A DNA stretch of 64,000 nt from an uncultured Chthonomonadaceae bacterium (lineage in GTDB: Bacteria; Armatimonadota; Chthonomonadetes; Chthonomonadales; Chthonomonadaceae). The number at the start of each line of letters is the position of its first letter. The stretch's first letter is position 1. The position numbers and the translations under genes were made by a program. The DNA lies in contig CAWIEK010000053.1 of assembly GCA_963835065.1 (NCBI GenBank), positions 64,001 through 128,000 on the forward strand. The letters are read 5' to 3'. Positions 42,139-53,570 of the stretch are shown here, in pieces. The notes beneath the pieces are model-generated. The model worked only from the letters and a program-made list of their open reading frames with translations. It made no database searches and was not told where the DNA came from.

Positions 42139-44626
42139 ATGTCGAATTTGCAAACACCTTTACCTATGCGTAATCGCCAGTATACAACTCGCCCGCCATT
42201 CCCTTCGTCAGATGATGCGCCTCCCGTTCCCCACGACGAGCAGGCTGCGCCACCCTACGCCTACAGTAAGAAGACAGAAGAGCAGGGAACAGGGAACAGG
42301 GAACAGGGAACAGAAGCAACTCAATCCACAATCCACAATCCACATTCGGCAATCGAAAATTCCCTCAACCCCTTTAGCGATACGCTGACGGGGGTTTTGG
42401 AGCGTGTCACGTACCATAATGAGGATAATGGGTACACGGTGGGGCGTTTAGCCGTCGAGGGCGCGCGGGATTTGATTACGGTTGTCGGTAATTTTACCAA
42501 CCCGGTTGTGGGCGAGCAACTCGTGTGCGAGGGCAAGTGGACGGCGCATAAAGAGTTCGGGCGACAGTTTGCGGTGGAGCGCTACCAGATGACCAAGCCC
42601 GCCACCGCCTTTGCCATTGAAAAGTATTTGGGCAGCGGCCTGATTAAAGGCATCGGGCCAGTCATGGCGAAGCGCATGGTGGATTTGTTCGGACTGGAAA
42701 CCTTGGACGTGATTGAAACCGATCCGCGCAAATTGCTGCGCGTGGGCGGCATCGGCGAAAAGCGGATCGAGAAAATCCAAAAGGCCTGGCACGAGCAGCG
42801 CGAAATTCGCAACGTGATGCTGTTTTTGCAGGGGCATGGCGTGTCGGCAACCTATGCGGTGAAAATCTACAAGACGTATGGCGACAAGGCGATACGAACC
42901 GTTGAAGAAAACCCGTACCGATTGGCGCAGGACATCTGGGGCATCGGGTTCAAAACGGCGGACAAGATCGCGCAGCAGATGGGCATTGCGCTTGAAAGCG
43001 AAAAACGTCTGGAAGCCGGATTGCTATACACCCTTTCGGAAGCGACGGACTTTGGGCATTTGTTCCTTCCCGAACCGAAACTGCTCACGTCGGCAGCCGA
43101 AATTTTGAGCGTGGAACCCGAAATCATCGCGCCCATCATGGAAAACATGGCCGCATCGGAAGCCGTAATCGCCGAGGATGTGGAAGGCGTCGAAATGGCG
43201 GGACGAGCAATGCGCGCCTTCTACCATCCCGCGCTGTATTATACGGAAGTGGGATTGGCCGCGCAAATACGCCGCAGGTTACAGCAGGACGCGGACAGGC
43301 CCGTGAACCGGGAAAAGATCGCCGCATGGATTACGCAGCAGGAAAAGCAGGCCGATATTACGCTGTCCGAGGAGCAGTCCGAGGCTGTAATGCTGGCTCT
43401 GGAAAAGAATTTTCTTGTGCTGACAGGCGGCCCGGGGACGGGTAAGACCAGTGTCACCAATTTGATTGCCCGCGCTTTCGACGCGCAGCATAAAAAGATG
43501 GTGCTGGTATCTCCCACCGGGCGCGCGGCCAAGCGCTTGAGCGAAGTGACGGGGCGGGAAGCGATGACCATTCACCGCCTGCTCAAGTTCGACCCGGCCA
43601 CGCACAGTTTTCAGTACAACGAGCAGAACCCACTTCCCTGTGATGTGCTGATTGCCGACGAGGTTTCCATGCTGGACGCGGTGCTGGCAAACAACCTGCT
43701 CAAAGCCATCCCGGAAACCGCGCAGGTGGTGTTTGTCGGTGACAGCGACCAACTTCCTTCAGTGGGCGCGGGCAACGTGCTGGGCGACCTGCTGAATTCA
43801 GGCGTGGTTCCGTCCATTCGCTTGACGCAGGTGTTCCGGCAGGCGCAGCAGAGTTTGATTGTGACCAACGCGCACAAAATTCGCAAGGGCGAGTTCCCCG
43901 TTCTGGTTCCGCCCAAGGAGCGCGACGGCAAGAACATGCTGTTTGTCGAAGTGGAGGAGGGGGAGGAGGGCGCGGACAAGGTTGTCGCGCTGGCCCGTAA
44001 GTCCCTGCCCGGCTTGGGCTATCGGGGCGATGATGTGCAGGTGTTGTCCGCGCTGAAAAAAGGCTCGTTGGGCGTGGACTATCTGAACCTGCGCCTGCAG
44101 GACGCGCTCAATCCCGCCGACCCGACAGGACGCGCGCCGGAACTGCTGCGGGGTTCGCGCCGGTTCCGCATCGGCGACCGCGTAATTCAGCTTGTCAACA
44201 ACTACGACAAGAACGTGTTCAACGGCGACATCGGCACAGTCGCCGACATCAAGCCGGAAGACCAAATCTTCTTCGTGCGCTTCGGGGAAGAAACCATCGA
44301 GTACGATTATGCCGACTACGATGAGTTGCAACTTGCATATGCGGTTTCAGCATCCATAAAGGCAGGGCAGCGAGTACAAAGCCGTGATTTTAGTGATGCA
44401 CTCCAGCCAGTACATGATGCTGCAGCGCAATTTGCTGTACACGGGCCTGACGCGGGCGCGCGACTTGTGCGTACTCGTCGGCGACAAAAAAGCCATTGCC
44501 CGCGCCGTCAAGAACGACAAAACCACCCGCCGCTATACTCGCCTCGCCGACCGCCTGCGCGAACAAAACAAGACTGATGAAGTACCAGTAAGCACAGTAT
44601 CTGCAAGTGGAAATCAGAGTTCTTGA
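42139..44626 (+). CDS. recD2: RecD2-type ATP-dependent DNA helicase; frameshift near 44350
   Basis: LERVTYHNEDNGYTV, YLGSGLIKGIG, TGGPGTGKT, PTGRAAKRL, DEVSM, GDSDQLPSVGAG, FNGDIG, LQRNLLYTGLTRA. Confidence 0.95.
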
Positions 44627-45257
44627 AACAAGTGTAGAATGGCCATATGAAACTGTTTGCCCATGCTGAAGATGAAGCTGTGGATACAAATTGGAGGTAA
44701 CTGCCAAAAGTCATTGCTAATGTACTCCACTGTCCCTTTCATCTTGGTAGTTGCTCGCCGTTTTAAGAACAGCGTCCTGCACGAGCGAAACACTTCCGAC
44801 ATATTTACTGTCAATGACAAAGCCCAACATCGCGGCAACTTCATGTCCGAGGCAATATTTCCCGGTGACGAAATCCATCAGGCCTTTGTCACATACTTCT
44901 TTGCCAAGTTCACTTATCAACACTGGTCACTCTTTTACACTCCAAACCGAAAAATTTTGTTCCGCAGAAGAGTACAAACGTAAAGTCAATGAACCGTCAG
45001 GTTTAAGCTTTACTCATTTCTACTTGCGCGCCTTCATGATTATCAACAGTTGGATGCTTTGCCAAGTCACTTCGCTTCTTCGCGTCAATAATTCCCTAGT
45101 ACAAAGCGCCCGCAATAGCTGGTTCGTCACTTAACGATTTTACAATCGGTTCGTAACGAACGGATTTCCATGCCTCTTCAATAAGTTGAAGCACAGTGGC
45201 AACGATGTTTAATCGCGCGGGTACAGGAGGTGTTTCCTGCTGCATTCGTATCGTCAT
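44614..45257 (-). pseudogene. Disrupted PD-(D/E)XK nuclease-like gene coupled to the methyltransferase
   Basis: Start overlaps the MTase stop (ATGA, 45254-45257). Fragments across frames read PDG.IDF...FFGLECKRV...GLMDFVTGKY...AMLGFV. One in-frame TAG and several indels. Confidence 0.6.
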
Positions 45258-48200
45258 CCGGCAGCATTTTGTACCCATGTAGTATCGGACAAGTAATAGT
45301 CGGCGTCATTCAATCCTGCCGAGCGACTCCAAAAACGCTTTTCTGCGGGTTTGACTATGTAAATGTCATTGTCATTGTAAATGCGTAAGTTGCGGCGGGA
45401 GTAGAGACGATCTGCAATGCGGTCAGGAAGTTCACGCGCAATGCTTTCCAGAACGTTTCGCAATTCCTGATGCGGCACGGTTCTCACACTTACATGTCTG
45501 CCTGCTATAGGAACAATGCGGAACTTTACAACTGCTAATGGCGCGTTGCCAACATCAAACACTTCGGCAATGACAGTGTGGGTGTTCATGGCGCGAAAGA
45601 ACGGGCTGAACAATACTGAGAAATCGTTCTCCGTATGCCTCTAATTCTTCATGGTTCGGACGTAGGTAAGCCTGTGAATTCTGACCTCTTCATGTGAAGA
45701 TTAATCGTTAAGTTTGATTGTATCCTCAACCAGGTATCGTTCCGTTACCAGCTTAGACCATAAAGATCAAACACGGCCTCATTCAAATTTTCGCTGCAAT
45801 AGCTGAGATTACCATGTGAAGCTAGTTGCTCGTTCCAGTATTTGAATATCGTTGAAGTGATCACGTTGTTCAATGTGATCAGGAATTGGTATAGGCAGAC
45901 GTAACAAATCGGTAAGTTCAACTTTGCTGCTTTCTACTCCCCACACTAGAACCTGTTAAAAACAAAAGTACGATGCAAATGCGAGTTGAAAATGCCATTT
46001 AGAAAATAGACGTTTATCAGCATTCGATGCCCTACAGGAAAACCAAGATAATCTCTCTGTGTAAAGCACATTAAAATCAACAGTTGAAGCAATAAAATCC
46101 TTTTGTGAGATACCACGAGTAGCTAACAGAACGGCCCGAGTAAATCTTCAGGTCGGCTATGTCCCCGTCGAACATTTAGATTTAGAGTGAGTATCTTCAA
46201 GATCAACGTATCAAAGGTATAAGGAAACATTTCACCAGACGGCAGAAATTTTGTTGGGAATTGGTTGGTTCCTGACCGGTTTCCACTTGCTTCAATCCAC
46301 GCCCTTGCAGGTTTCGCCCATTTCCACTTACCAAGGAGATACCTAACGGAGAAAATAGGGCGTATCGCGCAAACGTTCAATCAAAGCCATATCACGAGCG
46401 TTACCCCATGCTGCCACTTTCAGCATATCGGGGTCAGTGGCAGCGCAATGGACGGGCAAGCGCCTTAACGTTTTCCGGTCCGATTTCGAGAATGCCATTT
46501 TTTCTGAATGCGTCTGACCACTCCACGCTGATGTAGGCGCAGGTATCTTTGTCATTGGCTTTCTGCCCTGTTCCAATATAAACCAATGCAGGGGCAACTG
46601 CATTGGAAACAATTTCTGCTTGTGTAGCTCGGAAAAATTGACAAGTGTATCAGGCTTGAAGCGTTGTAGCAGGGCGCTTTTTGCTGCGTAGGCTTCTTCT
46701 GTATGGCTGAAAAAGGGGGAGGCATGGAGAATCAGGCCGATTCTGTGTCTTCTCAGAAGCAAAATCGCCAACACGCCATAAGAAGGCTTGTGAAAGGTAG
46801 TTTTTGGCTACAGGCCGGTCGGATGACGCTTACAGTATTGACGGCCCGGGCTGCCAATCGGCTCCTGCTTCCAGGGCGGATTGCCAACGATTGCGTCCAG
46901 TTTTTTGCTGAGAAACGGCTCATGTCTGCTAAAATCAGTATCTTTACACTTTCTAAAAAATGAGATAGGAAAACAATACTGCCCATTCGTTTCTCTGTAT
47001 CTCAAAATATGAGAAAGTGCAAAGGCTACTGTCAGTATATGCTTGCTCGTTAAAAACATCGGCAACAAACAGATTACGTCCACGCAAATGCTCGAACTTC
47101 AATGCTTCCGGTGGTTGTGGCACGTCGTCCAATTCCAAAGCGGTCAGGTACAGACTGAAAGCCGCGATTTGAATGGCTTCCGGGCTGATGTCAACGCCGA
47201 ATATCTGATTGTGAAGGGTATCGCGTACCATTTCGCGTGAAATGTTTTCGCCTTCCTCCACGCGCCGCGCTACTAACCGCCGCAATCCCTCCACAAGAAA
47301 CACGCCAGAACCGCAGGATAAATCTGCAATTCTGGCTTTGTTAGGAAGACGCGGGCAAATTTCGGAAAGCACTAAATCCACCAGATTGTACGGCGTGTAG
47401 TGCATGCTTTGCTGCTTTGCTTTATTGGGATTATTTGAGCGAGCGAACATCTCGTAGATAGAACTGATTAGCTCAACCGGAATTACGTCGAACTCATATC
47501 GCCATAAACGTCCCTGCCCCGCTGGATTACCTCGTCCTTCAAGCAGGTTTTGAATTATTTCAAGATGTGCCGATTGAACAATGTTTTCCTCTTGCACAGG
47601 TTGTTTGTTTGATGCCTCATGCGTCAGCGGAAACAAGTCTCCGTTAAAAGTTGTGCGTATCCAGTGAAAGAACTTATAAGCACTGATTTTATCAGCGAGA
47701 ATAGCGGCAACTTCCTCATGACCGAACCGTTCAAACAAGAAGTCAGCAGAAACAATACCCCGATCCTTTAGGTACGCCGCAAAAATGGAACGCCCAAGCA
47801 AAGAGTGTGCCACTGAACTTTTCAGTTCCGGCTCTGCATCCACCTTGATTTCAAGCAGACGCTCTTCGGCAAATTTAAGGTCGCTTAGCAGAGAGTTGTC
47901 AACGCGGTTGTCACGGTTGATGCGTTGGGCTGCTTCCTGTTGCCAGAAACGTCCACTTTCAAATTGAACACGGCCCGCAAAATCATTCAGGCGGCGCAAG
48001 TCCTCTTCTGTCCGTTGAAAAACATCAAGGATAGGTTTGTTGTTCTTGGTATATTTTCCTTTTTGCTGAGGTTTGGCGAAGTTATTATAAATGCGTATTT
48101 CTGTTGGCGTGAAAACCCACATCAAAGGCGCAAGTCCCTGATTCCACGCAGTGTTATGGAGCTTTTCTAATTGATGGGCGGAGGGTTGTGCTTCAAATTC

Positions 48201-48428
48201 TTTGAAGTAAATACAAGGGGAACCTGATAATTCATAAATAGCAGTAGCGCCGATTTTGTTCTCAGCTATAACCGCGCTGTATTTGGCGGCTTTATCTGCA
48301 TAGCCGTTAGCAGGCGTTCGCAAGAAAGCGGCATCAAATACGCCGGGCGTGGGTTTGTCCTCCCGATAAAAACCCGTTCGCTCCATGACTTGCAGGAATG
48401 TTTCGTCAGTAGGCGCTTGTGTACTCAT
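45254..48428 (-). pseudogene. Large N6-adenine DNA methyltransferase (HsdM/type IIG-like); 3' half heavily frameshifted
   Basis: IPVELISSIYE, HYTP..LV, motif I ADLSCGSGVFL, IFGVDIS; motif IV DAIVGNPPW in the next frame; AT-richer than the flanks. Confidence 0.85.
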
Positions 48429-48600
48429 ACTGGCTTCCTTGCGCTTGTGTCTGGCCGGAATCGCAACGAAAGAGACGCAGAATTTGCTTCCGCCTCTCTT
48501 TTCGCCTTATCCTAAAGGTACAAGTATTTGAATTGGGTAGAGTTTAGCACAGAAGCCGACTCTTGTCAACGCAAATTCTACTTATTTTTCCAAATATGTT

Positions 48601-49164
48601 TTAGAACCTTGCGCCGACGTTGAAGGAAAAGCCGCGCAGGTGGTTGTGTTCGCCGTCGTGGTAGGTGAGTTCGAGGAACGGCTGCGTTTGTTTGGGATGC
48701 GACACGCGGAAGTTGTAGCCCAGCAGGTACTCGGTTGCGAAACCGTTGACGTTGCGAAACTCGTGGACGCGCGCCTGCGTGAAGCTATAGCCCAATCCCA
48801 GCCCGCCATACGCGCCCGTGTTGGCGATCCCGTACTTCGCGTTTACCAGAAAGCGGTAGATGTTGCCGTCCGTGTCCGCGCCCGAACGGTTGCTGCCGCC
48901 TAACGTGATGGTCGGCGAAAAGTACACGCAGCCCAGATACTTCACCTTGTGGATAATGGGCAAATCCGCGCCGATTTCAAAGCCTTCCAGATGGTTGCGC
49001 GCGCCGTTGTTGTTGAAGTCGTTGCCCAGATGAAACCCGCCGCGAACGGCAAATTGGGCGGGCAACTCCTGCGCCCGCGCCGCGCTCGTTCCCATCCACA
49101 TCAAGCCGATAAACGCGCATGCCGTTACCCCGGTCACGTTTTTGTTTTTCCATTTACCTTGCAT
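48601..49164 (-). CDS. Outer-membrane beta-barrel-like protein
   Basis: Signal peptide, alternating amphipathic strands (YGGLGLGY, YLLGYNF), C-terminal FSFNVGARF. Confidence 0.75.
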   Translation of the reverse strand: MQGKWKNKNVTGVTACAFIGLMWMGTSAARAQELPAQFAVRGGFHLGNDFNNNGARNHLEGFEIGADLPIIHKVKYLGCVYFSPTITLGGSNRSGADTDGNIYRFLVNAKYGIANTGAYGGLGLGYSFTQARVHEFRNVNGFATEYLLGYNFRVSHPKQTQPFLELTYHDGEHNHLRGFSFNVGARF

Positions 49165-49324
49165 GTCGCTGCCCCTCTCGCGTTTCATTACGCCTGTTCT
49201 ATTCTGCCGCGCGCATCATATTCCGCCGCGCTTGTTTGGCAAACCCTCACAAATATACCCGGTTTCTATCCTTTTCATCGGCGCGGGAACGGCGCGGCGA
49301 CAGGTTAAAATTAGGGAATAGACG

Positions 49325-49465
49325 AAAAATGCCCGATGACCGTTAAACGATCATCGGGCGATGCGCCTGTCCACGCGAGAACGCACGCAGGTTCCCGGAA
49401 TTCCGGCTCCCGTGTCGAGGGGAAGAACACGGCGCGACAGGAAACGCCAACAAAGAGGTGATTGA
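49325..49465 (-). ncRNA. Candidate small RNA ending in an intrinsic terminator
   Basis: Multi-stem fold plus a GCCCGATGA/TCATCGGGC hairpin followed by TTTTT on the minus strand; no ORF explains it. Confidence 0.4.
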
Positions 49466-49658
49466 AGCATTTTGTTTATTAGCGCAAGTCTTTTATTTTA
49501 TTCCTTTTCATAGCAACCGGTTTTCGGCTGCCGGCGGCCTTGTTCTCCTCACCCGCAGACGCCGTTGTCTGCCGGGTGAATGAACATGCCTTAGTATGTC
49601 CTAAAAACGCGGTCTTCGCCGTGAAGCCGGGCACACGCCGCTTGTGAACTGTGTCACA

Positions 49659-49787
49659 GGGGAAGGCATTAGGCATTGGGCATTAGGCATTAGCGGCAGG
49701 GCAGAAGGCAGAAAGCAGAAGATAGAAGCTAGAAAAGGATTGTGCCTCTTCTCTAATGCCTAATGCCCAATGCCTAATGCCTTCCCC
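49659..49787. repeat. Inverted pair of AGGCATT heptamer arrays (perfect 35-bp arms)
   Basis: 49659-49693 is the exact reverse complement of 49753-49787. Confidence 0.92.
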
Positions 49788-49881
49788 CCTGCTTGCAAAA
49801 TAATTGCGGAGGGTTGTAGAAATCGTGAATTTCTAGTATAATAGGCGGGAAGCACATAGCTGCAATTCCGCGGGTCTTGCG

Positions 49882-50643
49882 ATGGATCCACGAAGCCTCA
49901 CATCGCGCCAGACGGTAATCGAAGCAACATATACTCCACGGATCGAGGGCCACAGGGTGATCAGTGACTTGCAGCAACATCTATCCGCCAGCCATATTAA
50001 ATTTTCGGACATGGCGGACCGGGACATAGTCGAGCGGGCGCAGCGCGGCGACGAAACCGCTGCGGAGTACCTGCTCTACAAATATCGTAATCTTGTCCGC
50101 ACCAAAGTCAAGTCGTACTTTCTCGTGGGCGCTGAGAAAGAGGACTTGCTGCAGGTCGGCATGATCGGGCTTTGGCAGGCGATTATAGATTTCCGTTGTG
50201 ACAAGGCGATTTCCTTCCCGGCCTTTGCGAAAGTCTGTATTCAGCGCCACATCATCACGGCTATCAAAACGGCCACGCGCCAAAAACAGATGCCGCTTAA
50301 CTCGTCGCTTTCTCTGGAAAGCCCCGCCGAAGATTCCGGCCCGGACTGGAACCTCTCCGACATCATCCCCGCGACGGAAACACAGGACCCCGAAGACCTC
50401 GTGATTCAGGGCGAAGACACCAAAGTGCTGCACGAAATGCTCCAGCAAGTGCTTTCGGATTTCGAGTGGAGCGTCCTCGCCGGGTATCAAATCGGGAAAT
50501 CCTATCGGGAAATCGCCTGCGAACTGCATTGCAAAACCAAGTCCGTAGACAACGCCCTTGCCCGCATCAAGCGCAAAGTCTCCACCGTGCCGCTCGGCCT
50601 TGCCAACCTGAGCGAACTGCTCGTCAATTCGCCCCTGCGCTGA
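49882..50643 (+). CDS. sigH: SigH-like RNA polymerase sigma factor
   Basis: YFLVGAEKEDLLQVGMIGL, IITAIKTATRQKQMPLN, SYREIA.EL....KSVDNAL.RIKRK. Exact start uncertain. Confidence 0.88.
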   Translation: MDPRSLTSRQTVIEATYTPRIEGHRVISDLQQHLSASHIKFSDMADRDIVERAQRGDETAAEYLLYKYRNLVRTKVKSYFLVGAEKEDLLQVGMIGLWQAIIDFRCDKAISFPAFAKVCIQRHIITAIKTATRQKQMPLNSSLSLESPAEDSGPDWNLSDIIPATETQDPEDLVIQGEDTKVLHEMLQQVLSDFEWSVLAGYQIGKSYREIACELHCKTKSVDNALARIKRKVSTVPLGLANLSELLVNSPLR

Positions 50644-50976
50644 CACAACATTGTCGGTATTCGGTATTCGGTGTTCCGGTGTTCGGGTATTCAGGTGGTG
50701 GATTTTCGATTGCCGATTGTGAATGCGGCTTCTGTCTTCAGTCTTCTTCCCTAATGCCTGATGCCTAATATCTTCTGCCTCTCACATCTTAATTTGCAAA
50801 CAGCAGCGCGCGGAACATCGGTACAGAGTTCCGCGCGTTGTTGTTACGGCTCCCAGCAGGGCTTATTCTTCCTCATTATGCCTTGCTTGCGCAAACAGGT
50901 TACGGCTCGAAAACGTATAAATAGTGAGTGCCATTAGTCCTCACGCAAGCCCGCAGACAGGGGAAGGAGCCGCAAA

Positions 50977-51285
50977 ATGCGCTTTGAAGGCTACGATGAT
51001 GATGTGCCGGATGAAGAGACAGTTCTGGATGAATTTCTGGGCGAAAACCCTCGCGCCCGTGACCTGCGCCTGATGCGCTCCGCCCTGGAGCAGCGCCGCG
51101 CCATGTTTACGCGGGACAAAGCGCGTGGCAGGGACGAGCGCGAACAAGCTGCCATGAGCGTCAAAATCGCCGAGTTGGACAAGCAGATCGCCGCCCTGCG
51201 ACAAGAAGAAGAGATCACCTCGTTCGTGGAAAGTTCGGTGCGCGTCACGCTGCAAAGTGTTCCCCTCAGCGACTCCGGCGAGTAA
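50977..51285 (+). CDS. Hypothetical coiled-coil protein
   Basis: AAGGAG RBS; charged helical composition. Confidence 0.7.
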   Translation: MRFEGYDDDVPDEETVLDEFLGENPRARDLRLMRSALEQRRAMFTRDKARGRDEREQAAMSVKIAELDKQIAALRQEEEITSFVESSVRVTLQSVPLSDSGE

Positions 51286-51428
51286 GAAGAGAAGAAAAAG
51301 AGAGAAAAGGAGACGGCATGCCCAATTCCTGAACACCCGAACACCTGAACACCGAACACCGAACTCCTGAATACCCTAACCACATAGAACCCTGAAACCC
51401 TGAAACTCTAAAACCTATTACCGGATCA

Positions 51429-51638
51429 ATGACTATGGCAAAAGCAAGAAAACCGAATTGTCACTCGTGCGGGCAGGCGCTGCGGGAGGAAGAAACGCAA
51501 TGTTCGCGCTGCCATGTGGCGCGACGCGGCGACGCTAACCGGCCCATGATGGCCGCGTATGCCCTGTTTCTGCTCATCGCGTTTGTGGCGGGCACAATCA
51601 CCATTAGCTACCTGCGCAACACCCTGCACATTCAATAA
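51429..51638 (+). CDS. Small zinc-ribbon membrane protein
   Basis: CHSC...CSRC plus one TM helix. Confidence 0.6.
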   Translation: MTMAKARKPNCHSCGQALREEETQCSRCHVARRGDANRPMMAAYALFLLIAFVAGTITISYLRNTLHIQ

Positions 51639-51710
51639 ACTGTTTGCTGCTTGAATTCTGCCGATGTTGACCGTTTCTGACAAGCCGTTTTAGACTGTTG
51701 AGCAACCATT

Positions 51711-53133
51711 ATGAGCGAATATGACGCGGTGGTGGTGGGATCGGGACCGAATGGACTGGCGGCGGCGATTGTGATGGCGCAGGCGGGGCGTTCAGTTCTC
51801 GTGCTGGAAGCCGAACACCAGTTGGGCGGCGGCGCGCGCACGTTCGAGCTGACCCTGCCCGGATTTCGGCACGACATTTGCTCCGCCGCGCATCCCCTGG
51901 GCTTCGCTTCTCCCTTTTTTCGCCGACTTGCCGCTTGCCGAACACGGCCTGGAATGGATACATCCGCCATTTTCGCTCGCGCATCCGCTGGATACCGGCG
52001 AAGCGGCCATTTTAGATCGCTCGGTAGACGCTACGGCGGCGCGGTTGGGCGCGGATGGGCGCGCGTACAAGCGCCTAATGACGGATTTCGCCGCGCATTG
52101 GGATGACGTTCTGGAAGACGCGCTTGCGCCGCCGATTCATGTTCCCAAACATCCGCTTCTCATGGCGCGTTTGGGCTGGTACGCGGCGCGTTCGGCGGCA
52201 GGGCTGGCAAAGTCGCTGTTTCGTACCGATCCGGGGCAGGCTTTGCTGGCGGGCATTGCCGCCCATGCCGGTACGCCGCTCACCAATCCCATTTCCGGCG
52301 CGTTCGGCCTGATGCTCGGCGTCACGGGCAATGCGACGGGCTGGCCGATTGCGCGGGGCGGGTCACAGTCCATTTCCGACGCGCTGGCCTCGTACCTGCG
52401 TTCGCTTGGCGGCAAAATCCAGACGGATACCCGCGTCACATCGCTGGACGAACTGCCGGCCAGCAAAACGGTCTTCCTCGATTTAACGCCGCGTCAGGCG
52501 CTCAAAGTGGTTGGCGACAAAATGCCCCTCGAATTCCGGCGTCAGCTTGGCCTCTACCGCTACGGCCCCGCGTCCTTCAAAATAGACTGGGCGCTGGACG
52601 GGCCGATCCCGTGGAAAGCGCCCGAATGTGCCCAGGCGGGAACCGTGCATCTCGGCGGCACGCTGGAAGAACTGATCGACTCGGAAAACAAGCCTATCAA
52701 CGGCGAAATTCCTGACCGCCCGTTCGTGCTTGTGGTGCAGCAAAGCGCGTTCGATTCGACCCGCGCCCCGGAGGGAAAGCATACGGGATGGGCGTGGTGT
52801 CACGTCCCTCTCGGCTGCAAGGAAGACATGACGGGACGCATCGAAGCGCAAATCGAGCGGTTCGCGCCCGGTTTCCGCGACCTGATTCTGGCGCGCGCAA
52901 GCATCAAGGCCACGGAAATGTCCGCCCACAACGCCAATTTAGTCGAGGGCGATATTGGCGGCGGCACGGTAGACATACGGCAATTGTTCCTGCGCCCCAC
53001 GCCGCGCATCAACCCCTACACAACCCCGATGAAGGGCGTCTATCTCTGCTCGTCCTCCACGCCTCCCGGCCCCGGCGTCCATGGCATGTGCGGCTACAAC
53101 GCTGCCCAAACCGCGTTGCATGACGGCTTCTAA
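51711..53133 (+). CDS. Phytoene-desaturase-family FAD-dependent oxidoreductase; frameshift near 51930
   Basis: [47 protein letters not shown]. Confidence 0.9.
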
Positions 53134-53262
53134 ATATCGGTGTTCAGGTGTTCGGTATTCAGGTGTTCAGGAGGTTGGATTTCCGGCTGCAAAGCATGAA
53201 AGCGAATGTTGACAGCCTCCTTTCGTTCTGATATACTCCCTGCAACAAGGAGGAATAAGAGT

Positions 53263-53541
53263 ATGACTGTACGCATGCCACGCTACTCCAAAGAGGAGTT
53301 TACGCAACGCGGCAATGACATTTACAACGGAAATATTCGCGCGCAAGTGGAAACGGAGCAGAATAAAGGCAAGTTCGTCGCCATTGACATCGAAACGGGC
53401 ACATGGGAAATGGACGCCGACGCTCTTACTGCTTGTGATCGCCTGGAAGCGCGTATCCCTGATTGTCAAACATGGCTTGTGCGCGTAGGCTACGCTTACC
53501 TGCACCGCATGAGCAGCCTTCGCCGTAAAGTGGCGGCATGA
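53263..53541 (+). CDS. Small hypothetical protein (cyanobacterial-type)
   Basis: PRYSKEEF..RG..IY...GKFVAIDIETG...W.VRVG; GGAGG upstream. Confidence 0.75.
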   Translation: MTVRMPRYSKEEFTQRGNDIYNGNIRAQVETEQNKGKFVAIDIETGTWEMDADALTACDRLEARIPDCQTWLVRVGYAYLHRMSSLRRKVAA

Positions 53542-53570
53542 TTACCCGTTGTAAAGAAGGAGAACGTTCT

